Shown here: piece after piece, positions 1 through 9,744 of the stretch
Position numbering within the stretch: the first letter of the stretch is position 1
How the letters are laid out: every line of letters starts with the position of its first letter
Assembly (NCBI GenBank): GCA_001724265.1
Contig: MEDY01000209.1
Location: forward strand, 1-64,000
Length of the DNA: 64,000 bases
From: Rhizaria sp. SCN 62-66
Taxonomy: Eukaryota
Reading direction: 5' to 3'
The notes under the pieces: generated by a model
Database searches by the model: none
What the model was told of the DNA's origin: nothing
The model's input: only the letters and a program-made list of their open reading frames with translations
Program-made: the position numbers and the translations under genes

Positions 1-228
1 CTTGATCTGCTTGGACTTGGCGATGATGTCCTCGCCGAGCGCCTGCAGGGCAGCGTCGAGCTTCTCGTCCTCGTTCAGGGGAGCGTTGGAAGGGGTGCCA
101 ATGGTCGCGACCTGCACGGGGGCACCGACGGGGACGTCAGCGAGCTGCGCCTCGATGAACGAGGGAGCCTGGGCCATGGCGAGCGCCACAAGAGCCGCAA
201 TGCAAGCGAGGATGAAGGAAAACTTCAT
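1..228 (-). CDS. Secreted protein, N-terminal part (continues off the window edge)
   Basis: Missing from the ORF track. ATG at 228-226 opens MKFSFILACIAALVALAMAQAPSFIEAQLADVPVGAPVQVATIGTPSNAPLNEDEKLDAALQALGEDIIAKSKQIK, open to position 1. Clear signal peptide, GC3-rich codons, start of a helical/coiled-coil region. Confidence 0.8.
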   Translation of the reverse strand, partial: MKFSFILACIAALVALAMAQAPSFIEAQLADVPVGAPVQVATIGTPSNAPLNEDEKLDAALQALGEDIIAKSKQIK

Positions 229-685
229 TTGCCTGACACACACTGCACAGGGACAAAGAAAGAAAGCAAAGCAGACAGAGAAGGGGATGAGGTCGAAGGG
301 GAAGAGTGAGAAAGGGTCGGCAGTGCCTCTAAATTACAGTGCATGGTTTTGTGTGAATAATGTCCGCGTGGAGTATAGCGATGCAAGTCGCTGCAAATGA
401 CTGAGTTGTTCCACAGACACATTGTTCAACCGGAAATAGCCTGCCAAAGTGGGCTCACAAAGCCTCCCTCGAGGAAAGGGGGCGACGGATTGGCAGCGTC
501 AAGGCGGACCAAAGACGACTGATCAAGGCGAACCAATTAAATATCAAGCATGAGCACAGCAAATGCTCTTCATCAAACAATTCCAGAATTCCATTCGGCT
601 GCCACAAGATGCATTAGATCGCTTTTGCTATCCGCTCTATGTCTCCTCCCTCGAAGTTAGGCCGCGCTTTTTTTCGGCCCTGCCA

Positions 686-720
686 CAGCCAGCCAGCCAG
701 CCAGCCACCAGCCAGCCAAT
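686..720. repeat. (CAGC)n tetranucleotide microsatellite in a divergent intergenic region
   Basis: cagccagccagccagccagccaccagccagccaat between two divergently transcribed genes. Confidence 0.8.
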
Positions 721-953
721 GCTCTAACTGTGAATTTTGAGCATAGACCTAACTCTGAAACCATCGTCAAGTGCCTACATATCACCGAGAATGTGGCTTT
801 ATTTACTCATAAGTATACTATCCTAACACAAAAACCTCCTCAGCTGATGTTGACTATGACTTTGACTCGCATTTCTCACCACTGACCTGATATTCATCCA
901 CTTCGCCACCAAACATATCAACTTGTAGCCTTTCGCGGCATCTTCGTTCGTGA

Positions 954-3233
954 ATGGCTACTGACGTTGGTTTTGACGCCAACGAGGCTGTCTCAATGGC
1001 GCTCCTGCAGGCTGAAGTCGCGCGCCTGACCGCGGAGAACGCGCAGCTGACCCTCGCCAACGCCGGTCTGTCGTCGGACCTGTTCGTCGCGCTCAAGGGC
1101 ACCGCGGTAGAGAAGGAGGCCTGGGAGGCCGAGCATCAGAAGCTGCTGCGCGCGCAGAAGCTTCAGTTTCTCGCCGACATTGCCGTGCGCCGCAAGGCCT
1201 TCGAGGACCTCAAGAACCGCTACCTGGCGTCTCTGACGGCACTCGAGGAGCTCAAGACTTCCTCTGCGGCGCGCGAGGCGGAGCTGCAGGCGAGAATCCG
1301 CGACCACGAGACCACGCTCGCCGCGCACAGCTCCCGCGGCACCGTGGACCGCATCCGCAGCGTCGCCGAGAAGCAGACCTCCGCGACCATCCAGGCCGTG
1401 ACCGGGGATGGGCTGTATCTGTACACGCGGCAGCCCGTGCAGCTCGTGCTGCGCGGGCCCATGGCCAACGAGGGCACACAGGGCCACGTGCACTGGTTCC
1501 GCTCCTCGGGCGGCTCCGTCTACACGCCCATTTACGGCGCGGGCGGCCCCGCGGCGCTGGCCGAGGGTGCGCCCACCGCGGAGACCGCCGCCGCGTTCAG
1601 CTACATTCCCTCTGTCGACGACCTGGGCTGCACGCTGCGCGCCCAGTTTGTCGACTCGGCGACGGCGGCGTGCCTGGCCTCGGAGATGGGCCCCGTGATT
1701 CCCGACAACGACCTGCTCGATGCTGCCGTCGATGCCCTCAAGCGCGCGGAGGTCGAGTACACGCTCACGGTCAACGACTCAGAACTCCTTGACGTCGTCC
1801 GCACCGCAGGCTCCTCCTCAGAGGTCGTCGAGCTCGAGAAAGACGTCGCCAAGGCCCGCATGGCCGGCGGCTACACCGGCGTGTCCGCGCAGACACTGGC
1901 CCTGGGTCGCAAGCGCATTAAGATCTGCAAGGGCCGGCGCACACACGTCAAAGTGTCGTTCGAGGAGAACCAGCTCGTGGTGGTTGAGGCGAGCCGCGAG
2001 TCGGGCACGCAGTTCACGCTCTGGGTGCAAGGCCGCGGCGGGCCCGCGCTGACGTGCGAGGCCAGCGACCGCGCGCAGCGCGACGTCGTCATCTGCGTCT
2101 TCCGCCTCTTCATGCAGATGCACGTGATGGAGCGCGACCTGACTGCGCGCGGCAAGAGCGCCCGGCAGGACTACATCGAGCGCGTGTGCAGCGCGATGGA
2201 GATGATGACGACGATGAACACGGCCACGGCCTTCCCGGCGCCTGCCTTTGTGGCCAACTCCAAGCTGCTGCTGGGTGTGCAAGACCTGCTCGCGCAGGCG
2301 GCGCAGGCCGTGCAGCTCACGGCGCCCACGGCGCACGTGCAGGCCTTGTACCTCAACGACCAGGAGCGGTTCGGCGGCATCGGACCCCAGGCCGACGCGC
2401 TGGGTTCCCCCAGCGCCGCCACTGCGCCCGACGGCAGCAACGCGGCCGGCGACGGCAACGCGGCCGGCTCACGGTCGCGTCGCGGCTCTCTCTCCGCCTC
2501 GGTCTCCCGCGCCGGCCCCCACTCGGCCACTATGGGCGCCAGCGCCAGCGCGCGGGGCCGACCCGTGGCGACGGCGACCGAGTACGCGCCGGCGGACATC
2601 GACGACATCGACAACGCGCACGGCGGCCATTGCGGCGGCGACGGCGGCGACGTGCGCGGGTTCGGCGACCTGGTGCCCAAGACGGCTGGCTGGGACTCCG
2701 ACTCTGACGACGATGGCGGCGCCAGTGCCCGGAAGGCCGCCGCGTCCAAGTCTGCCGGCGCCTCCGCCCCTGCAGCTGCTGGTGCGCGCGGCCGCGGCTC
2801 GTTCTCCCAGTCTGGCCCCTCCGCGACCAGCGCTAGCCAGTCATCGCGTCACGCCCACGGCCACGGCCACGGCGACGACGAGGAGGACGGCGCCGGCGCC
2901 CGCGCGCCCGCGATTCGCGTCACGATCAAGCCCAAGTCCGAAGCCGCGACGGCGACGGCGGCTGACCTGGCCGTGTTCAGCCTTGGCGCCAGCGCGCCCC
3001 CCGCGGCCGGCGTCCCGCTAGGCGGCGGCCGCAGGGGCCGCAAGTCGTCGGTGCTCCCGGGGCAGCAGGCCGCCGCGACGGCCGCGCTCGCGCCCACGCC
3101 CACCGCGGCCGGCAGCGCAGGCAAGGTGACGGGGCGCGCCTCGCTCAGCGTCGCGCGGCCCGCGCCCGCGGCAGCGCCGGCGCCAGTGCAGGAGGAGGAG
3201 CCTCAAGGCGGCGGCGGTGACAGCAGCGACTAA
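954..3233 (+). CDS. Coiled-coil + Ig-like + PH-like protein resembling SCAB1 (stomatal closure-related actin-binding protein), with low-complexity C-terminus
   Basis: Single 759-aa ORF with coding-type codon bias. N-terminal coiled coil, Ig-like segment (VHWFRS...YIPSVDDLGCTLRAQF...GPVIP), PH-like segment (LGRKRIKICKG...ASDRAQRDVVICVFRLF). Ends TAA. Confidence 0.7.
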   Translation: MATDVGFDANEAVSMALLQAEVARLTAENAQLTLANAGLSSDLFVALKGTAVEKEAWEAEHQKLLRAQKLQFLADIAVRRKAFEDLKNRYLASLTALEELKTSSAAREAELQARIRDHETTLAAHSSRGTVDRIRSVAEKQTSATIQAVTGDGLYLYTRQPVQLVLRGPMANEGTQGHVHWFRSSGGSVYTPIYGAGGPAALAEGAPTAETAAAFSYIPSVDDLGCTLRAQFVDSATAACLASEMGPVIPDNDLLDAAVDALKRAEVEYTLTVNDSELLDVVRTAGSSSEVVELEKDVAKARMAGGYTGVSAQTLALGRKRIKICKGRRTHVKVSFEENQLVVVEASRESGTQFTLWVQGRGGPALTCEASDRAQRDVVICVFRLFMQMHVMERDLTARGKSARQDYIERVCSAMEMMTTMNTATAFPAPAFVANSKLLLGVQDLLAQAAQAVQLTAPTAHVQALYLNDQERFGGIGPQADALGSPSAATAPDGSNAAGDGNAAGSRSRRGSLSASVSRAGPHSATMGASASARGRPVATATEYAPADIDDIDNAHGGHCGGDGGDVRGFGDLVPKTAGWDSDSDDDGGASARKAAASKSAGASAPAAAGARGRGSFSQSGPSATSASQSSRHAHGHGHGDDEEDGAGARAPAIRVTIKPKSEAATATAADLAVFSLGASAPPAAGVPLGGGRRGRKSSVLPGQQAAATAALAPTPTAAGSAGKVTGRASLSVARPAPAAAPAPVQEEEPQGGGGDSSD

Positions 3234-3487
3234 TTATTGTTTGCCCTTACAGATAAATGTGAAGTTATATGTACAATAGCTCTCTATCTTTGTAATACAC
3301 AAATTTCGTATTCGTCTGACTTTGTTGTGCGTGTAAAATGTATTTTCTTGTAAGATGGTCTGCAGTGACTGGAACGTTCCGAAAAAATCATGAGGAGGCA
3401 ACGAATCGAAAGCGAGCGACGTGTGACGAGGCAAGGGGTGAGCGGGCGAACTTTGACTTCACCCACGTTGGGGAATCAGTGTCAACT

Positions 3488-4292
3488 ATGGCTGATTTTG
3501 GCGAGGTACGTTTGTACACTTTGAGATCTATCTATCCTATTTTTCGCATTGCCTCCCATGCCCACTGAAGTGTCTACCAGGTCCCAGATATACTCGCTTC
3601 CTCGACAGTGTTCCTCTGTACTCTTCAGCTCTCCATATCTGTCATCAGCGTCATACGCCAATCTCTCGACGACCGTTAACCTTATGTTTCATGCACCCCA
3701 CTTGCCTTGATATCTTGCCCCGCTATGTAATCTTCAGCTCGTGCTCGTGCTCGGTGACATCCATATCCCTTCGCGCAAGGCCGAGATGCCCCCTGAGTTC
3801 AAGGACCTCCTTGCTCCCGGAAAGATGCAGCACGTTCTCTGCACCGGCAACCTCGTCTCCAAGCCCATCGAGGACTACCTTCGCACCCTCGCGCCCTCGG
3901 TCCACATTGTCAAGGGCGATCAGGACTCTGCCGCGAGCTTCGCCGACCTCCCCGAGCACAAGGTCGTCAAGATCGGCGAGTTCCGCATCGGCCTCTGCCA
4001 CGGCCACCAGCTGCTGCCCTGGGGCGACCCGGAGTCGCTGGCCAACCTCCAGCGCCAGCTCGACGTCGACATCCTTGTCACGGGCCATACGCACCAGAAC
4101 GATGTCTACGAGTACGGCAACACGTACCTCGTGAACCCCGGCTCCATCACCGGCGCCTACTCCGCCTTCCGCTCTGAGCTCACGCCCTCGTTCGTGCTCA
4201 TGGCCATTAAGGGCTCCAAGGTCGTCACGTACGTCTACGAGCTCAAGGATGGCGAGGTCAGCGTCTCCAAGTCCAGCTTCACCAAGAAGTAA
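3488..4292 (+). CDS. VPS29: Vacuolar protein sorting 29 (retromer/retriever subunit); exons 3488-3505, 3738-4292
   Basis: Spliced product MADFGE|LVLVLGDIHIP...LCTGNL...VKGDQD...HGHQLLPWGD...GHTH...NPGSITGAYS; GTACG...CAG phase-0 intron. Confidence 0.97.
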
Positions 4293-4709
4293 GTGCACAA
4301 CAACTGGTTAACAAACACTCTCTCTCTATCCATGGCAACGTTGTCTTGTTGACGACTGGATACTAATACTACGTAGTTTCGGCAAATGATGATAATAATA
4401 CTACTTACTATAGTCATACTAAAAATAACAAAACCAAAAACAAACAAATTCACCAACACTCAAACAAACGCGTTGCTTTGGACGAAATACTCCGAGCAGC
4501 AAACACGAATACAAAGTTGAATACAAAGCTCACAATCTCAAAAAAATATCGATCTTCTGTATTCCACAATACATGTAAACATAAACACTCGTATAGTATA
4601 GTATGCCAACTCCTATAGCAATCACATTTGTTCACTAAGTCTCTAGGTATGTACATTTTTACACTGTCGATCACTTCTCGACAGGCATCTTCACATCTGA
4701 TCACCACCG

Positions 4710-7700
4710 TTACATCACGGTGCAGCCCTTGTTCTGCCGCTTGGATGACTCGTAATCCGCCTTGGCGCGGAGTTGCTCCCGCTGCCGCCGCTCCCGCTCC
4801 TGTTGCTCGCGATCCTGGCGCCCCATCACCGTGCGCGCGGACTGGGGTCCGCCCGGCGGCGGTTGGGAGCCTCGAGCCGCCGCCGACTGCTGCTGCTGGG
4901 ACTGAGGGGTCGGATAGAGGGACTGGGAGCGCTGGACAGCAGGGGCTGGTCTCCGCTGCTGCTGCTGTTGCTGCTGTTGTTGCTGCGGTTGTTGCTGTTG
5001 TTGCTGAGGCTGCAGCCGGGGTTGCTGCTGCTGCTGCTGCGGCGGCGGCGGCTGCTGCTGCTGCTGCCACTGTTGTTGCTGCTGGTGGTGCTGCTGTTGC
5101 AGCTGATAATGCTCGGGGCCAACTCCCGACAGCTACAGCGGCAGACTCAGCGACTCCTCGTAGCTCGGCGGCGGCGGTAAGTGCTCGTGGAGGTTGCTGC
5201 CATCGCCACCAGCAGCGGCGGCAGCAGGGGCAAATGCGGCACCGCTGCCGTTAGCGATGTATGCGGCACTGCTCACGGTCGCGTACTAGGCCTGCATCTC
5301 GCTCGCACTCGCAAAGCCATCGTTGTTGTTGTGGTTGTTGCTGTAGACGCTGCCGCTGACACTCATCACGCTCATACTCCCCGCGCCATCATAGAACGCA
5401 GGCGGCTGCTGCTGTTGATTAGAGCCGACCGAGCTCGCGTGCACATACGACGGGGGCACTGCGTATGCCTGGCTGTTATATTGCGACTGCGCCTGGAGGT
5501 TCTGGTGGTACTGGTTCACGCTCGCCACACTCACACCAGACTGCTGCTGTTGCTGCCGCTGCTGTTGTTGCTGATACTGTTGCTGTTGCTGTTGCTGGTA
5601 CTGCTGCTGCTGCTGTCGCTGCTGGCACTGCTGGTGCGGTCGTTGCGAGTGCGCCTGCGCCTGAGTGCCATTGATCGCCTTGTGCTTCTCCCAGTCCCCG
5701 CGCCGCTGCTGCTGCACCTCGGTGATCTTGCCCCGGATCAACTGCGCGTGCTCGCGGCGGGACACCGTCGAGCCCGGCAGAGCGCGGCGCGCGCCCGCTT
5801 GCTCCGCCTCAGCGGCCGCAGCGGCCTGGGCGGGAGTCACGGTCACCAACTGCGCCTGCTGCGACTACTGCAGAGACGGAGACTGCTGCAGAGACTGAGA
5901 CTGCGGCTGTGACGGAGACGGTGACTGCGGCTGCGGCATGGACAAGGACGATGCGGGCACTGAGTTGTTGCGCATATTGTGATTGTTATTGTTGTTGTTG
6001 AAATTGTTGTTGCTCATATTATTATGATTGTTGTTAATGTTGTTGTTGTTATTGTTGTTGTTCGAGGCGCGTGCGCGCTCCATACTGCGCGACTCGAGCT
6101 CCGCTGCGGCCCTCGCAGCCTCGGCCTCGGCCTCTTCAGTGGGCGCAGCGGCCGAGTCGCCCATCAGGTACGCCGGGTAGAACGTACCGTCGCCGTCGCC
6201 TACGCCCTCCCACACGATGAGCTTGTCGATCGTTGGACGGGTGAACGGGGGCTCAGACTTGACGCCGGGACCCTGAGACTGCGAGCTGGCGCCGCCCGTA
6301 TTGTTGATGTTGAGGAACCCCATCTGCGCCGTCGTCAGCGCCTCCTCGGGAGCCTGCGACGTGGCCATGGCCTCGCTGGTGACGAGCGCGTAGAGGACGC
6401 CGCCGACCTTGTAGATGACGGAGAAGTGGTTGTTGCGGAACAACACTGCCAGCCCGCGCTCGGGAACGGTGCGCGTGAGCGTGCGTACGCCGTGCGGAGT
6501 CCACTGTTGCGGGTGATCCTCCAGAAACAAAGCCGCCGCCGTGGTCTCGAGGTCGCGCTGGAGGGCAACCTCACGGTCCCGCTGCTGCTGCTGCTGCTGC
6601 TCCCTCTGCTCACGGTCACTCTCACTCTGCTCTTGAGCTTTCTGCTGTGCTTGCTCCGGCTCCTGTTGGTCGGGCTCGTCGTGCTTCTGCTCCGGGTTCG
6701 CGTCCGTCTTGATTGAAAGCTTGTTGCGGTCGCTGCTGTTGTAGTCGATGTCTTCCCAGAAAGTCGGCGTCACCGGTTCGTCGTTGCTATTGCAATCGTT
6801 CGCAGCGTTGTCGTTGTTGTCCTCAGGGGAAGGAGCGACGCCATGCTCACGCATCGTGTTCGGCGAAAACGGGTCACAGCCGGCGAAGGGGTCTTCCTCT
6901 TCCTCACCAGACTTGTTACTACTCGTAATCGTATTCGTATTGGCACTTGCGGCAGCACCACTCTGCATCGTTGAGGTCGCCGCCATGAAGAAGTGCGCGT
7001 TGTCGTTGTTGTGGATCACCGCGGTCGGGTTGTTAATCACCGCGGCGAGCGACCGGGGCGACACCGCCATCGCCAGCGCCTGCTGCTGCTGTTGCTGCTG
7101 CCGTTGACCCGGGGGCAGAAGGGACTGTGACGCGCCGCCGGTCTGGGAGCCCGGCAGCGGTGGCGGGGGCGGAGACGCGTCCAGGAAGATCCCGCTGGCG
7201 GCCAGCACCATTCTGTCGTAGGTGAGGCCGCTGATGACGTCCACGAAGGGGTCGTCGGGGCTGGGCAGCCATGCGTGGAGCAGCGGCACGCCGCACAGCG
7301 CGAAGAGCGCCAGCGCGGGCGTGTCGTCGAAGGCCGCGACGTCGGTGAAGCGGACATTGATGTCCAGGCCGGCGTGCAGAGTGGGCAGCACGGACATGGC
7401 GCGCGAGAGGACCAGGGCGAAGACAGGCTCGGCGGCGGCGCGCGCGGCGTGAGTGCGGCGCAGGTAGTCGGACACGACCTCGACCAGCGTCGCGCCCGAG
7501 AGGCGGTCCGCGCTGCCGTCCCGCGCGGCCGCGGCGCGCACGACAGGGTTGTCGCCGCGCAGAGACACGAGGCCGCGCAGTGATAGGTGGTTGACGAGCG
7601 CGATGAGCGGACATGGCCCGCCCACTGTCTGCATGCAGATCGTGTGGTAAGACCCGCGGAAATAGACGAGCTTGGTGCGGTACAGAGACGCCGCAGTAGG

Positions 7701-7727
7701 GCCCTGGTCAGCGAACGCGGAGGACAT
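4710..7727 (-). CDS. MINDY-1/2 family deubiquitinase of about 1005 aa, containing three in-frame TAG codons and a C-terminal CaaX box
   Basis: Catalytic Cys motif QTVGGPCPLIALVN, GLDINVRF, LLHAWL, catalytic His motif LFRNNHFS. The frame continues through TAG at 5865, 5286 and 5133 to ...KRQNKGCTVM-TAA (4712-4710). The start may lie further upstream. Confidence 0.88.
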
Positions 7728-9209
7728 CTACGCGGTGTGCGGCGCCAGGGTAGGCGGTGAGAGAGGAAGTGACGCTGGAGAGGTTGAGGCTGTTGTTGCG
7801 TCGCTTGTCACTGCAAAACACTGCACTGGCTGGGTGGCGGGTTTTGCGGCTATGAAGCGGGAAAAGGTTTGTGTCGTTTAGCTAAACTGCGTTATGGGCC
7901 AAAAAAACGATGTTAGCCCAAGAAATGGCGCAAGTAAAAGGACAAACGAGGGAAACGTGGATGTTAGTGGGCGTGGATGGGGCTGGCGAGTGCAACGGAG
8001 TCGGGGTGGTTGCATTCACTCCTCGAGTCAAGTCGACGTAGTTCACTGAAGCTACTGTGGTTACTAAATGTTCTTTGTAAGCTCGGAAACAATGCAATAT
8101 AACACTAACTCTTCTTTTAAGACAATATACATGTGTCTCGTTTCGCTTAACGGTCAAACTGGTCCCCAGCACATCCCGGAAGATATCTCGATCGAGACGA
8201 AGATTGAATGGGTCGCGAAACTCGTTTGTGGTGGGTTTCAAATGTTTTAAAATGCCTCACCAGTATTTTGCATATCTGGCCTATACGTGCACAGCACTTC
8301 AAACCACATAGTATGCCTGTTATTTTAATAATATAACTGCTGTTTTTCTGAAAGATTTGAAGATAGCAGTCTCTCTATGCTGTAATTAACTTGTTTGAAT
8401 GGCCGTCACGCAGATATGACCATGATGCTTCGACATAGTTCAAGTCTGACAGCACAGGTTCAAAGGGTATCAATGCGATCGCGCTTGTGTCAGTATTTTT
8501 ATAGCCGATGATATGTGGCTGGGCAGTCTGGTAACAGTTTGCAACAATCGGACGTAGGCACGCTTCAACACAAGTATGCGTAACAGAAACTTGGTGTTTC
8601 CAACTCTGGGCACAGCTGGTGGGCGCATTTAGCAGCCACAAAACATAAAACGCTGGCACCGTATAGTAAAACCTGTTTTAAATGTACGTGTATGCCCACA
8701 TCACTATACGCATTGATCATACAGCTTGGTGTAAGCCGATGCACCATCTCAAGTTGGCACGGACCTTGATAAAGATTCATGAGAATAGCTCATTCTAATA
8801 TCACATTTTAGAAATTATATCTGTGTCTACATATGTAAACCATAATAAACAGGAAGTTTGCGCAGTTTGGTCTGAATTTAACAACATTAATGTCTCCATG
8901 TCACTTGTTTTGTGTTTTCGCAAGCGTGTTGACGAATGGCGTGACTGCAGCGGCCAGGTGGACGCGAAACAGCTCGGCTGACGCACTCCTTTTTGCAAGT
9001 TAGTGTTAGCCCTTCTTGGCCGTTGCAATAACATATCGTGGGTATTTATAGACGTATTGTGTATTACTTTATGTTGTATTCTTTTGATATACTGTAAATC
9101 GTGCGTCTTCGTCTTCAGCGCACTCATTTTCTTCGTCCGCACCCGACTCATATCTCGCACTCGTTGGCCAACCTTTACACGTGCCCAATGTGTGTTGTTC
9201 AGAAGAGCA

Positions 9210-9713
9210 ATGAAGCTTCTGCTTACTCTGCTCGTCTCGCTGCTTGCCGTGCTTACCGCGGCGGCCCGTCTCGAAGGCCCCACGATCGGCATCGACCTCG
9301 GCACGACGTACTCGTGCGTGGCAACCTACCAGAAGGGCCGCGTCGAGGTCATCACCAACGAGCAGGGCAACCGTATCACGCCCTCCGTCATGGCGTGGAC
9401 CGACGAGGGCGAGCGCCTTATCGGCGACTCTGCCAAGAACCAGGCCGCGAGCAACCCGCACAACACGGTGTTTGATGTCAAGCGTTTCATCGGCCGCCGC
9501 TTCAGCGAGAAGTCCGTCCAGTCCGACATGAAGCACTTCCCCTTCACGCTCAAGGGCAAGAACGACAACCCGTTCGTGCACGTTTCCGAGGGCGGCAAGG
9601 ACAAGTCCTACGCGCCCGAGGAGCTCTCCGCGATGGTTCTCTCCAAGATGAAGGAGATTGCGGAGAAGTTCGTCGGTGACAAGGTCGTCAACGCCGTCGT
9701 CACGGTGCCCGCC

Positions 9714-9744
<31 letters not shown>

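Noticed and set aside
5286-5849. 187-aa ORF as a separate Gln-rich gene
   Set aside because: It is in frame with MINDY, has a TTG 'start' and no promoter-like gap; better explained as the continuation past TAG.
4710-7727. MINDY as a pseudogene
   Set aside because: Catalytic motifs are intact, there are no frameshifts or TAA/TGA, and the terminal CaaX is preserved. Not formally excluded but less parsimonious.
7880-9150. Small ORFs in the MINDY-BiP spacer (likewise 11800-12480, 40540-41580, 44200-45350)
   Set aside because: AT-rich, no motifs and no exon-like composition; no tRNA or rRNA recognisable by eye.
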